From Felis catus (taxonomy: Eukaryota): DNA of 64,000 nt. The stretch lies in the NCBI RefSeq assembly GCF_018350175.1, contig NC_058368.1, positions 128,528,001 to 128,592,000 of the forward strand, given 5' to 3'. The notes below the pieces were generated by a model, which worked only from the letters and a program-made list of their open reading frames with translations, searched no databases and was not told the origin of the DNA. Of this stretch, positions 36,520 to 48,652 are shown in pieces (position 1 is the first letter of the stretch; each line of letters opens with the position of its first letter). Both the position numbers and the translations under genes were made by a program.

Positions 36520-38419
36520 AAAATAAAGTATGATTCTTGATGAGAGGTCAGATTTAAACTATAATGTAGCCACCTTATAGGTCTTAGGCAGGGAAAAATG
36601 GTTAGGAGTTATATAGGCTTGCCTTGACCATGACCAAGTTTCAGGAAGAGGGCAAAAGGAAGGCAGAGTACTCAGAATATAAAAAAACAACCTGCCACTT
36701 AAATAATACATTAATCTATGCTTAAGATCATAAAACCTGTCTCTATTACCCAATGCCCTCCAATTTCTTATGGTAGCTAAATTCCTCCTCTATTTTGGAT
36801 ATCAGAAGAAATACCTCTAATATGTTGGTTGATAGGGAAATAAATCTAATCTCAAGGGTGGATTTGAAAGGAAACTGAAGAACAATCTGCTTCATGATTC
36901 TGGTATTTGGTGATATCGTAAACCTGTCCCTGATCCATAATGGATGGCAGAACAGGGATTCAAACCCAGTTACCAGTATTATTATTAGTTTACCTAAAAC
37001 TGAAGACTAAGTGAGTGTGTGTGTACGTATGTATGGCTGTGTTCTGTTTTGAAGCATATTACTGCACATTTCTTGGAAACTGCAGCATCATTTATTTGAT
37101 AGCTGAGATACAAACACTTAAAAATATGAGTTAAATAGTAAATACACACGTGAGGAGTAGGGTTTGGTGAAGATGGACTTCTCCTGGGATCTGCATCATG
37201 ATCACAGTCATGTGCTACCTACATTCACAGGAATCTTTTGAACTAAAGTTTTGTGAAAATCATCTTAGACATACCATTTTATGAAAATGATGTCTACCTT
37301 AAAGCGTATAAACAGATTTTAAAAGACAAGGTTTTATTGGTCTAAAACTTAAATATAAGGCTAACTTGTTTTTCGGGCATCTCTATTTGCTTTCCTACTT
37401 CAGTTTAATTTCCCATATGCAAAAATCCTTCTAGATGAGGAGTTCAAACTATCACTACAACTACACAGTAAGAAATAAATAAGCCACCAGAGGCAAAGAC
37501 TACCTTCATAAATTAAGCAATTTAGTTTTCTTCTAATATCCTTTCTCCATATGTAAGTCATAGATTTAATTTATTTTTATTGTTTTCATTTGGTAAATGA
37601 TTGTTATACTTCCTAACATAGGCTGTAGTGTTTTAACTTGGATTTAATGTACACAGTAATTCCCAAACAGCAGGACACAGCAATTAAATAATGCAAAATA
37701 AATGGCTAAACCAAAGTATTTGGTCATATAAGCTTGCTACAGAAGAGCATCCAGTCATTTAAAAGCAGCTGTACACTAAAACTAATCAAAGCCATAATAA
37801 ACCAAATTAGACATGTGGTGAAATCTGACAATATCCATACAGCATTTGGCCAGGTGCTTGAAGATTCATCATTGCATTTTTCTTCTCTTTCATTTGGATT
37901 AGGGCCAAAAGAAAATAATTCACAGGCTTTCCACTGCAGTAACCAAAGCAGTTGCAAATTTAGGTATGAAATACATTTTTCAATAGCTGCTAAATGGCAT
38001 CAACTACCCCCATAAAAACTCATTTCCATGTGATTTTGGAGAGTCATGTTTTCATAAAGGAACTAAATATATGAAAGATATTTTCAGAATTTTAAACTTG
38101 CTCTATCAATAACTTTCATCTCCATTTAGGATGCTTTGTTTTTATACTATGACTTGGTAAGATTAAGTCAAGGTGTTTCTAACTGAATTATTTATATTTT
38201 AATCTTTAAAACATTATATACGTAAATGTTGGTTTTAGATATCTGACTTCTTATATCCTAAAACTTAAGATAAACAGGGATGATTAACAGTGCTTAGTAA
38301 AAGAATCTTTGGTGGGAAAGATATCACTTTTGGACAGCGTAATACAGAGTAAAAAAAATACAGAAGCTACTACCTAAGACCAGGGAGCATGTCCTATTCA
38401 TCTTTGTTTACATACTGCA

Positions 38420-38658
38420 TTTTTTAAAAGTTAATTAATTTATTTAGAGAAAGAGAGAGCATGCACATGTGTATGCACACAAGCGGGGGAGGGGCTTATG
38501 TGACATAGGGGTTGAAGTGAACATAGAAAAATCCCAAGCAGATTCCACACCATCGGTGCAGAGCATGATGCGGGGCTTCAACTCATGAACTGTGAGATCA
38601 TGACCTGAGCCAAGATCAAGAGTTGGAGGCTTAATCGACTGTGCCATCTAGGCATCCC
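38420..38658 (-). mobile_element. Older CanSINE
   Basis: Diverged SINEC; TSD-like TACATACTGCATTTT / TACCTACTACATTTT. Confidence 0.85.
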
Positions 38659-39323
38659 TACCTACTACATTTTATTCCCATGATCATAGGTCATATTTAT
38701 ACCAATTTATACTACTAACAGACTGCTCTTAGGAGTGTAAGTTGGTAAAATTTGAGAGTGTGAATAAAGAGGCTTAAAAATGTTGTATATGGTAACTCAA
38801 GACATAAAATCTACTTCTAGGAATTTATCCAAATAAGCAATCAGAAATATAAACAATTTATGAACAGATATTTACCTTGATTTGTTTATAATTATTAAAA
38901 GAAATGTATCCTAATATGTAAATATTTAAGTAAATTGTGATATATAGATGAAAGCATGCTATATTATTAAAAAAAATTTACAAAGAGTTATTAATGACAT
39001 GGAAAAAAGACTCATTATTGAGTCAAGTAGAATGCCAAGTCCTACGTCCAAGTATATTAACTATGTTTAAAAAAAAACACATATGCATAGGGAAAAAAAA
39101 CAATGAAATAAATGAAAGTTTTAATAGTAATCCAATTTTAGAAATTTATGTCATTCTTTCAATATTTTTCTGGATTTTCCAAATGTGTTATAACAGGCAA
39201 ATTATTTTCAGTCTGAAAACAGCAAGAAATACCTTAAAAGTCTCTCTCATATGAACTAAATTAATAAAACTACCTTCTTTATGATTTACAAGTCACTGTA
39301 TAAGTTGTATAAATATGACTTAC

Positions 39324-39404
39324 CTCATCATTATCAGGAACTGGTTCATATAAGGATGGAACCCAAGCAAGTATATTGCAGTCTCTGCTACCACTATAAA
39401 GTTC
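39324..39404 (-). CDS. ERCC8: ERCC8 exon 11: [27 protein letters not shown]
   Basis: 81 nt, CAG acceptor and GTAAGT donor, phase 0-0; matches CSA. Confidence 0.98.
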
Positions 39405-40033
39405 CTGTAACACAGAAAGGAAACATGATTGTGGGTCAATTTAAAGCTGGTGCCAATCTGAAATGAACTACATCATTTAAATAATTAATTCTTACGTTAG
39501 ACCATTTAGATTAATTGTATTTCTACTCCCCAAAGAAAGTGAGCTGATGCCCTTTGTTTACTTACTTAAGATGCAGTAAAGCCGTGTTCTGTATTTTAAA
39601 ATATTGTTAGGATATGTCAGAGCTTGCTAATGTGAAAATTTCACAAGAAGATTCAACAACCTAGTGGTTTTTATCAATCATAGTATTCATTTATTTCAAG
39701 TGTCAGAGTAGAAAGAGAAAAAAAATGGAATTAAGAGTTTGTCCTTCTCTGCTAACAAATGAATTTTAATAAGGACATCCATAAAGAAACCATATGAGTT
39801 TCTAGCTAATAGGCCAGAAGTTCACAAAAAATATTATTTAGCTCATTATTTAGCTGCCTAACTAGCTACTGTTCAACAGAAGAGCTTTAAGAACCATATG
39901 CCATGCTTATTGAGAAGTTTCTTTTATAAGGGAAAGCTTGGGCTGATGCACAGTCTGTCAATGTCTTTATGAATATGCTGTTTACACACGCCTGAACAAT
40001 GTTCATTCCCTTCCCCAAAAGAACTTAAAGAAT

Positions 40034-40593
40034 GGGGCGCCTGGGTGGCTCAGTGGGTTAAGCATCCGACTTTGGCTCAGGTCATTACCTCATGGTTCAT
40101 GAGTTTGAGCTCCATGTTGGGATCTGTGCTCACAGCTCAGAGCCTGGAGCCTGCTTCTGATTCTGTGTCTCCCTCTCTTTATGCCCCTCCCCTTCTCATG
40201 CTTTCTCTCACTCAAAAATAAATAAAACATTAAAAAAAATTTAAGAACTTAAGGAATGTCATATTGCTAGTACTAAAAACATTCCTATGGGGCAGTGAAA
40301 TAGATACTCTCATATAAAGATGGTATAAATTGGCATGATCTTTTTGGAGAAGGGAATCTCAATACATGTCAAAAGTTTTTGTATGCATTTCTAAATTTTT
40401 TTTAACATTTATTTATTTTTGAGAGACAGAGAGAGACAGAGCACGAGGAGAAGAGGGAGACACAGAATCCAAAGCAGGCTCCAGCTCCGAGCTGTCAGCA
40501 CAGAGCCTGACGCAGGGCTTGAACTCACAAACTGCGAGACCATGACGTGAGCCGAAGTCAGTCGCTTAACTGACTGAGCCACCCGGATTCCCC
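40034..40593. mobile_element. Tail-to-tail CanSINE pair (40034-40245 plus; about 40395-40593 minus)
   Basis: SINEC motifs; TSDs AAGAACTTAA(A/G)GAATG and TGTATG(C/T)(A/G)TTTCTAA. Confidence 0.9.
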
Positions 40594-40767
40594 TGTATGT
40601 GTTTCTAAGAAGTCATGCCAAAGACATGCATGAAACTCAAGGATATTAGCAGTATTATATTTAAATAAAATATGGAAATAAATGTCCAAGAGTAGGGTAA
40701 TGGTTTATATATAAATTTATGTTGCATTCATAAGATGGGATATTATATAACCATTACATTTGCTTTT

Positions 40768-42440
40768 ATTTTTTTTAATTTACATCCAAATTAGTTAGCA
40801 TATAGCGCAACAATGATTTTATGAGTAGATTCCTTAACACCCCTTACCCATTTAGCCCATCCCCCTTCCCATACCCCCTCCAGTAACCCTCTGTTTGTTC
40901 TCCATATTTATGAGTCTCTTATGTTTTGTCCCTCTCCCTGTTTTTATATTATTTTTGTTTCCCTTCCCTCATGTTCATCTGTTTTGTCTCTTAAAGTCCT
41001 CATATGAGTGAAGTGATATGATTTTTGTCTTTCTCTGACTAATTTCACTTAGCATAATACCCTCCAGTTCCATCCACGTAGTTGCAAATGGCAAGATTTC
41101 ATTCTTTTTGATTGTTGAGTAATACTCCATTGTGTGTGTGTGTATATGTATATATATATACACCACACACACCACATCTTCTTTATCCATTCATTCATCG
41201 ATGGACATTTGGGTCCTTTCCATACTTTGGCTATTGTTGATAGTGCTACTATAAACACTGGGTGCATGTGTCCCTTCGAAACAACACACCTGTATCCCGT
41301 GGATAAATACCTAGTAGTGCAATTGCTGGGTCGTAGGGTAGTTCTATTTTTAGTTTTTTGAGGAACCTCCATACTGTTTTCCAGAGTGGCTGCACCAGCT
41401 TGCATTCCCACCAACAATGCAAAAGAGATCCTCTTTCTCCGCATTCACCAACATCTGTTGTTGCCTGAGTTGTTAATGTTAGCCATTCTGACAGGTGTCA
41501 GGTGGTATCTCATTGTGGTTTCCATTTGTATTTCCCTGATGATGAGTGATGTTGAGCATTTTTTCACGTGTCAGTTTGGCCATCTGAATGTCTTCTTTGG
41601 AGAAGTGTCTATTCATGTCTTTTGCCCATTTCTTCACTGGATTCTTTGTTTTTTGGGTGTTGAATTTGATAAGTTCTTTACAGATTTTGGATACTAACCC
41701 TTTATCTGATACATCATTTGCAAATATCTTCTCCCATTCTGTCGGTTGCCTTTTAGTTTTCCTGATTGTTTCCTTCAATGTGCAGAAGCTTTTTATTTTG
41801 ATGAGGTCCCAGTAGTTCATTTTTGCTTTTGTTTCCCTTACCTCCGGAGACAAGAGGCAAGAAGTTGAGTAAGTTGAGTAAGAAGTTGCTGTGGCCAAGA
41901 TCAAAGAGGCTTTTGCCTGTTTTCTCCTCGAGGATTTTGATGGCTTCCTGTCTTACATTGAGGTCTTTCATCCATTTTGAGTTTATTTTTGTGAATGGTG
42001 TAAGAAAGTGGTCCAGGTTCATTCTTCTGCATGTCACTGTCCAGTTTTCCCAGCATCATTTGCTGAAGAGACTGTCTTTATTCCATTGGATATTCTTTCC
42101 TGCTTTGTCAAAGATTAGTTGGCCATAGGTTTCTGGGTCCATTTCTGGGTTCTCTATTCTGTTCTATTGACCTGAGTGTCTGTTCTTGTGCCAGTACCAT
42201 ACTGTCTTGATGATTACAGCTTTGTAGTATAGCTTGAAGTCCGGGATTGTGATGCCTCCTGCTTTGGTTTTCTTTTTCAAGATTGCTTTGGCTATTCAAG
42301 GTCTTTTCTGGTTCCATACAAATTTTAGGATTGTTTGTTATAGCTGTGTGAAGAATGCTGGTGTTATTTTGATAGGCAATGCATTGAATATGTAGATTGC
42401 TTTGGGTAGTATTGACATTTTAACAATATTTGTTCTTCCT
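40768..42440 (-). mobile_element. 5'-truncated carnivore L1 (about 1.7 kb) in ERCC8 intron 10
   Basis: ORF2 C-terminal peptides; TSD CCA(T/C)TACATTTGCTTTT at 40751 and 42441. Confidence 0.95.
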
Positions 42441-43007
42441 CCACTACATTTGCTTTTTAAGAACATTTAACAACATGGGCAAATATTCAGTATCAACAGG
42501 CAAAAGGAGGATATAAACCAAAGAGTCATAGTGTGAGGGAAAAAAACTAGATGGACCTTCCACCAGGTATGCTTTGATTTTTCATTGAAGTAACCCTGAA
42601 AAAATTTTAAAAAGGGAACGGTGGTGGAAGAAGTCCTATCCCAATTATGCAAACATTTCTAATAGTAAACTTTTTTCCTGCTCTGCTGGTGCAATTATTT
42701 ATTTTTTTTATTATTGTTCATCTCAAAAACTATTTGAAGCATGATACAATTAATATTTTTCTAAAAAAAGAGGAAAGTTTCTAGATAAAAGGAAAATAAG
42801 ATAATAAAATTATTATAGGAAATATAAATGTAAAAATATTAAAGTAAATTAGATTTAGCTGTACACTATCAAACTTCCCAAAGGGAACAAAATTCTATAG
42901 ACTGCATTGTTAAATCTAGAATATACAGTTACACTAATTGTGGATGATGCAAAGATATTTTCAAATGTTCAGTGCCCTTGATCAATTTAATTTCCTGAGA
43001 AGGCAAG

Positions 43008-43047
<40 letters not shown>

Positions 43048-43339
43048 ACACACACACATCTCTAAGGTAACTTGGTCAGATAAGTTTACAAGGCAATATG
43101 TGGTTAAGTATTGCCACACTGGTACAAAGGAAATTCTGTAGATGTTCAAAGAAGAGAGCTTACAAGAGATAGCACTTAAATTAGAATGACTAATAAAGAC
43201 TTCAATTAAATGGAAAAAATTTGAAATACCGAAGTTTTGGGGATAAGTGTAGGTACTCATTTGGGAAATTAGATTAAAAAAAAAAACTCAACATGTGAGA
43301 CTAACTTGACAACCAGTCCTGTCAATCCTCAACAGTTGA

Positions 43340-43960
43340 GTATATATTTCCTTTGAATAAAGAGATTCTCCTATACAATTACAATGTATCCAGCAAAATA
43401 TAAAAATTCACCATGTATTACTGCCAGCTAATTCTTAGACTCCTTTCAAGTTTCACCAATTGTCTGAATAAACGTCCTTTATAGCAGAAGGGTCCAGATT
43501 AAAATCACATGCTACACTTGGTTGTGATGTCTTCTAACTTTCCTTCAGTCTGGAATAGTTCTTCACTCTCCCCATTGGCTTTCCTGGCATTGACAAATTC
43601 GAAGATACACACCAGTTATTTTGTGGAATGTCCTTCAAATTTTCTTGTTTCCTCATGCTTAAATTCAGGTGATGCAGCTTTGTCAGTACTATCACAGAAG
43701 GAATATCATGTAACTGGGTTACTAATTTTGATTATTTAATTAAGGTAATATATGTCAGGCTTCTTCAAGATAAAAGTACACATTTTACCTTTGCAATTAA
43801 TATTTTGCAGGGAGGTACTCTGGGACTATGGCAATATCCCACTCCTCATTAGACTTCCAATTTATTAGTTTACCTACTTATACCTGAATGGATTCATGGA
43901 TTCCTATTTTAGTCAATGGGTAAAATCCGTTATTATCATTATCTATTTTGATGTTACATA
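43340..43960 (-). mobile_element. Old L1MC4/5-like 3' fragment
   Basis: TTTCACCAATTGTC, CCAGTTATTTTGTGGAATGTCCTTCAA and GGGAGGTACTCTGGGACTATGGCAATATCC motifs. Confidence 0.65.
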
Positions 43961-44557
43961 TATCTTGTTAGATTTTTATATTTATGATCGAATTACTATA
44001 AATATCAATTTTGTCTTCAGATAGTAAATTCTGTATAATATTTAATTTGGAAAAGGGTTCTGCTGCTAAATAGATGCAAAGTATTATCCTATTTTATTTT
44101 TGAGACTTATAATTATTTTCCTTTTCAAAAATCATAATAGATATAATGGGATAAGAGTTGGAAGCTTTCTGATATGGTACAATGATTCAAATAGGAGTGC
44201 ACAACACCTAGAGAAATGGTATTAGGAGGCAACTTGCCTCAGGTTCCTGGGTGTCCCAGCTTGTCTCAGCTATTCCAGGAACTGGTGGGCATCAGTATCT
44301 TGGCACACTTCTAGTCCATTATAGGCACACCTGTTAGGAAGTTCTGATTTGGCGGAAAGCAATAATTTATAGTCAGGATACCCAGTTTAAAATCTTAGCT
44401 GTATCTCTATGTGGCTCTGCACAAGAACGGAGGTATAGTATTCTAAGAATTTCTTTGAATAGATAACCATGCTCTGTGAATAATTACTTGCAGCTTGGGG
44501 CAAGTCATGTCACTTCTCTGGTGTTTTAGTCTTCTCTCAGAAGTAAAACTAAATTAT

Positions 44558-44881
44558 GGGGCGCCTGGGTGGCGCAGTCGGTTAAGCGTCCGACTTCAGC
44601 CAGGTCACGATCTCGCGGTCCGGGAGTTCGAGCCCCGCGTCGGGCTCTGGGCTGATGGCTCGGAGCCTGGAGCCTGTTTCCGATTCTGTGTCTCCTTCTC
44701 TCTCTGCCCCTCCCCCGTTCATGCTCTGTCTCTCTCTGTCCCAAAAATAAAAATAAACGTTGAAAAAAAAATTTTTTTAAAAAAAAGAAGTAGAACTAAA
44801 TTAGAGCAGCACTAATGACAAAAGCCAAAGTATGGAAAGAGTCCAAATTTCCATCAGCAAATGAATGGATAAAGAAGATGT

Positions 44882-44935
<54 letters not shown>

Positions 44936-45365
44936 CAATGGAGTATTACTTGGAAATCAAAAAGAATGAAATCTCGCCATTTGCAACAATGCGAATGGAA
45001 CTAGAGGGTATTATGAAAAGTGAAATAAGTCAGAGAAAGATAAATATCATATGACTTCACTCATATGAGGAATTTAAGATATAAAACAGATGAACATTAG
45101 GGAAGGGAAGCAAAAAGAATATAAAAACAGGGAGGGAGACAAAACATAAGAGACTCTTAAATACAGAGAACAAACAGGGTTGCTGGAGGGGCTGTAGGTG
45201 GAGGGGATGGGCTAAATGGGTAAGGGACATTAAGGTAGACACTTGTTGGGATGAGCACTGGGTGTTATACATTGGGGATGAATCACTCGAATCTACTCCT
45301 GAAAACATTGCACTATATGCTAACTAACTTTGATGTAAATTAAAAATAAAAAAATAAAAAAGTAA
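44558..45365 (+). mobile_element. Young SINEC_Fc (44558-44786) followed by a short L1 3' end (about 44805-45365, with (TA)n)
   Basis: SINE TSD AGAAGTA(A/G)AACTAAATTA; L1 peptide KVWKESK...EWIKKMWYIY...MELEGIM. Confidence 0.92.
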
Positions 45366-46382
45366 AAATATTTAACTCTTACATCAGGATACTGACCAAT
45401 CAGAAGAGATAATAGCCATAGAGTGAGAGCAGGGTCCTGAAGGTCCCTGTTAGTTGCTGGGCTGAGGTATAATCTAGGAGGCCTCAGGAGAGGGGGTGAA
45501 GCTAGAGGCCACCTAGGGGGCTTGGTGCAACAGCTCTTTAACACACAGTAAGATATGTATTTGAATATTTTAATACTGGCTATTGGCATACTGATGTGTG
45601 CTGGCTGAAAAATAAGCACTGTGTCAGACACAAATTAAGTAATGAATAAACGATTAAGAGCTTTACCAGGTGATAAAATCCTTCCTAGCTCTAATAATCC
45701 ATAATGTTCATTATATCAGTATTTAATTCTCATGAGCCTCAATTTCTTTACCTACAAAATAGGGAAAATACCAATATTCTTGCTCTATAAGAGACTCACT
45801 TAAAGGAACACAGGAGGTAATCTGCGCAAATATTCTCTGAAAAAAATAACCTGATTCCTTGGTAAGATGAAAGAAAAAGGTCAGGATGTTAAAACAAACA
45901 TCCACAGGTTTTTAAGCATAGGTATTTAAGAAATTATGTAAATTGCATCAACTCAAAAGCAATCTGACTAGCCCCCGGCAGAAAATAAAAGAAAATCTGA
46001 GACAGATTCACATATACATAAATCAAGATACAAAAACTATATTTTGCGATTAGACACATAGTATTACAGCTTTTCCCAAAAGACTGCCTGTAAGACATTA
46101 TTTTAATTTGCTAGAGATTTTCATCTGCCAAATAAATGGAGCCCATATGCAGAAGAAAAGACTTATTTCAGTCAAGTTGCACAATATTATATTGACTCAT
46201 ACAAATATCCCATACTATTTAAAAATTTATCCTATATTATCCTCTATTACATAAACCCTAGCTCAAATGTGGATTAAAAGTATAATTCCTCAGACTGAAA
46301 TGACAATTTACTCTTTTATATACAACTAGCCTAGCAAGCTAGCTAACTGAACATTTTAAATTCCCTTAAGTAACGTTCTTAC

Positions 46383-46580
46383 CTGGAAATGAGACTGAAA
46401 TACACAGCAGTCAACACTTTTATAATGTCCCTTAAGCATAGTTATCTGTTCTCCTGAGTAAATTGTATAAACAGCAATGGTGCTACCATATGGCACGAAA
46501 ACAAATTCTGAACTGCAGCCATCGGAGACAGTGAATTTCAATGCTTTTCTACTGTCATTACAAACTTTTCCATAGTTTAC
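46383..46580 (-). CDS. ERCC8: ERCC8 exon 10: [66 protein letters not shown]
   Basis: 198 nt, AG at 46582-46581 and GTAAGA donor; matches CSA WD repeats. Confidence 0.98.
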
Positions 46581-46899
46581 CTGTAGGATGTAAAATCATA
46601 GCATTACTCATTTCTTAAATCTGAATTAAAAAGACAACAAAGACTAGAAGAAATATTTACTTAAAATATTATAACATACAACAGAAAGGGTTGTATTAAA
46701 TCTAAAGAAAATGATCAATGTCCTAATAGAAACAAGGGCCAATGACATAAATGTACTTTTCACATAAGAGGAAAATACAAATAGTAAAAAAAAATCCACA
46801 AAATCAAATGTTAAGCCAGAACAGAAATAAAATGCAAATTAAGGCAACCTTGAATAATCATTTTATGATTTAGCAAACATTTCCAGAAACTATGAACTA

Positions 46900-48415
46900 G
46901 GGGTGCCTGGGTGGCTGAGTTAGTTGAGCGTCCGACTTCGGCTCAGGTCATGATCTTGCAATCTGTGAGTTTCAGCCCCACTTTGGGCTCTGTGCTGACA
47001 GCTCAGAGCCTGGAGCCTGCTTCAGATTCTGTGTCTCCCTCTCTCTCTGCCCCTCCTCTGCTCATGCTCTGTCTCCCTCTCTCTCAAAAAATAAATATAC
47101 ATTAAAACAATTAAAAAAAAAAAGAAACCACAAAATACTGCATACTGTTACAAGTGAGATAAACATGTTGGTAGCGTTGTAATTAGGCTATTTCTTCTAA
47201 AAGGCCAAACGATTTATTATGCAACAAAATACAAAATGTTTTTTTATGGGGGGTGGGGTGGGGAATCACCTTTTTATTTTAAAACATTTTTTTAACGTTT
47301 TATTTATTTTTGAGAGAGAGAGAGAGCGAGCAGGGGAGGGGTAGAGAGAGAGAGAGCAGCAAAGGGGCAGAGAAAGAGTGAGACAGAGGATCTGAAACAG
47401 GCTCCGTGCAAATAGCAGAAGGCCCGATGTGGGGCTTAAACCCAGAAACTGTGAGATCATGACTTGAACCGAAGTCTCACACTTAATTGACTGAGCCACC
47501 CAGGTGCCCCTATTTCAAAACATTTTTAATTGTGGTAAAGTACATACAGCATAAAATTTGCCATCTTAACCATGTTTAAGTGTACAGTTAAGTGACATTA
47601 CATTCACATTCTTGTGCAAGCATCATCATCAATCTCTAGAACTCTTTCATCTTGCAAAACTGAAATTCTGTACCCATTAAGCAAGAAAGATATTCTTACC
47701 CTTTGACCAAGAAACTACTCCTGGGAATTTATCTTAGGGAAATAATTAAACAGCAAAAACCTATATGCCCAGAGGAATTCAAGGCAGCATTATCTAGAAT
47801 GGCAAAATAACTAAAAATAGATGTAAATCCCTAATAATGTTACAACAAATCTTCAGTTTATATAGTAATTAAAAACCATAATTATGAAAATTATGCCGGA
47901 AATAATGATAAAACTAATGTGTAAAAAAAGCAGAGAACACAGTGTGTATACAACTGCAACTCTATATAAATAATTATGGATTTAGGACAATAAAAATTCT
48001 GCAACCAACTATATGCCAAAGGTGCAAACCCAACAACATCCGCATCTCCTCAGCAATTGGAAACGCGAACTTTCAGCTCATACCCCAGTCCTACTGTACT
48101 AGAATCCTCATGTTAACAAGATCCCTGGGTGACCTATAGGCTCATCAAAATGTGAGAAGCTTTGGGCTAAAGAAATTGATAGTCAGAGGGCACCTGGGTG
48201 GCTCAGTCGGTTAAGTGTCCGACTTCGGCCTGGATCATGATCTCATGGTTCGTGAGTTCAAGCCCCACATCGGGCTCTGTGCTGACAGCTTGGAGCCTGG
48301 AGCCTGGAGCCTGCTTCAGATTCTGTGTCTCCCTCTCTCTCTGCCTCTCCCCAAACACTCACTCGCTCTCATTCTCTCTCTCAAAAATAAATAAAAAATA
48401 AACATTAAAAAAAAA
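46900..48415. mobile_element. CanSINEs (46900-47125 plus; about 47280-47510 minus; 48188-48415 plus), an old L1 3' fragment (about 47520-47680) and a MER5-like hAT MITE (about 48060-48165)
   Basis: SINEC motifs; TTAACAAGATCCCTGGGTGACCTATAGGCTCATCAAAATGTGAGAAGC MER5-like end. Confidence 0.75.
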
Positions 48416-48597
48416 GAAACTGATAGGTTTACTTCCTGCTGATAATTTAGATTTAGCAGTTTAGGGTAGGGATAAAATGAGTAGCTAATCATTTGAGAAT
48501 TATGAGCATGAAGATCACCTATGTCTCCCTTTCCTATAGTTAATACTAGGGTCTAGACAGTAATTTACCTTTTCCTCTTTTCAGAAAGGTTAGTTGG

Positions 48598-48599
<2 letters not shown>

Positions 48600-48649
<50 letters not shown>
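48600..48649. repeat. (GT)n microsatellite
   Basis: About 25 perfect GT units; other (CA)/(GT)n tracts at about 22384-22410 and 43010-43058. Confidence 0.95.
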
Positions 48650-48652
<3 letters not shown>

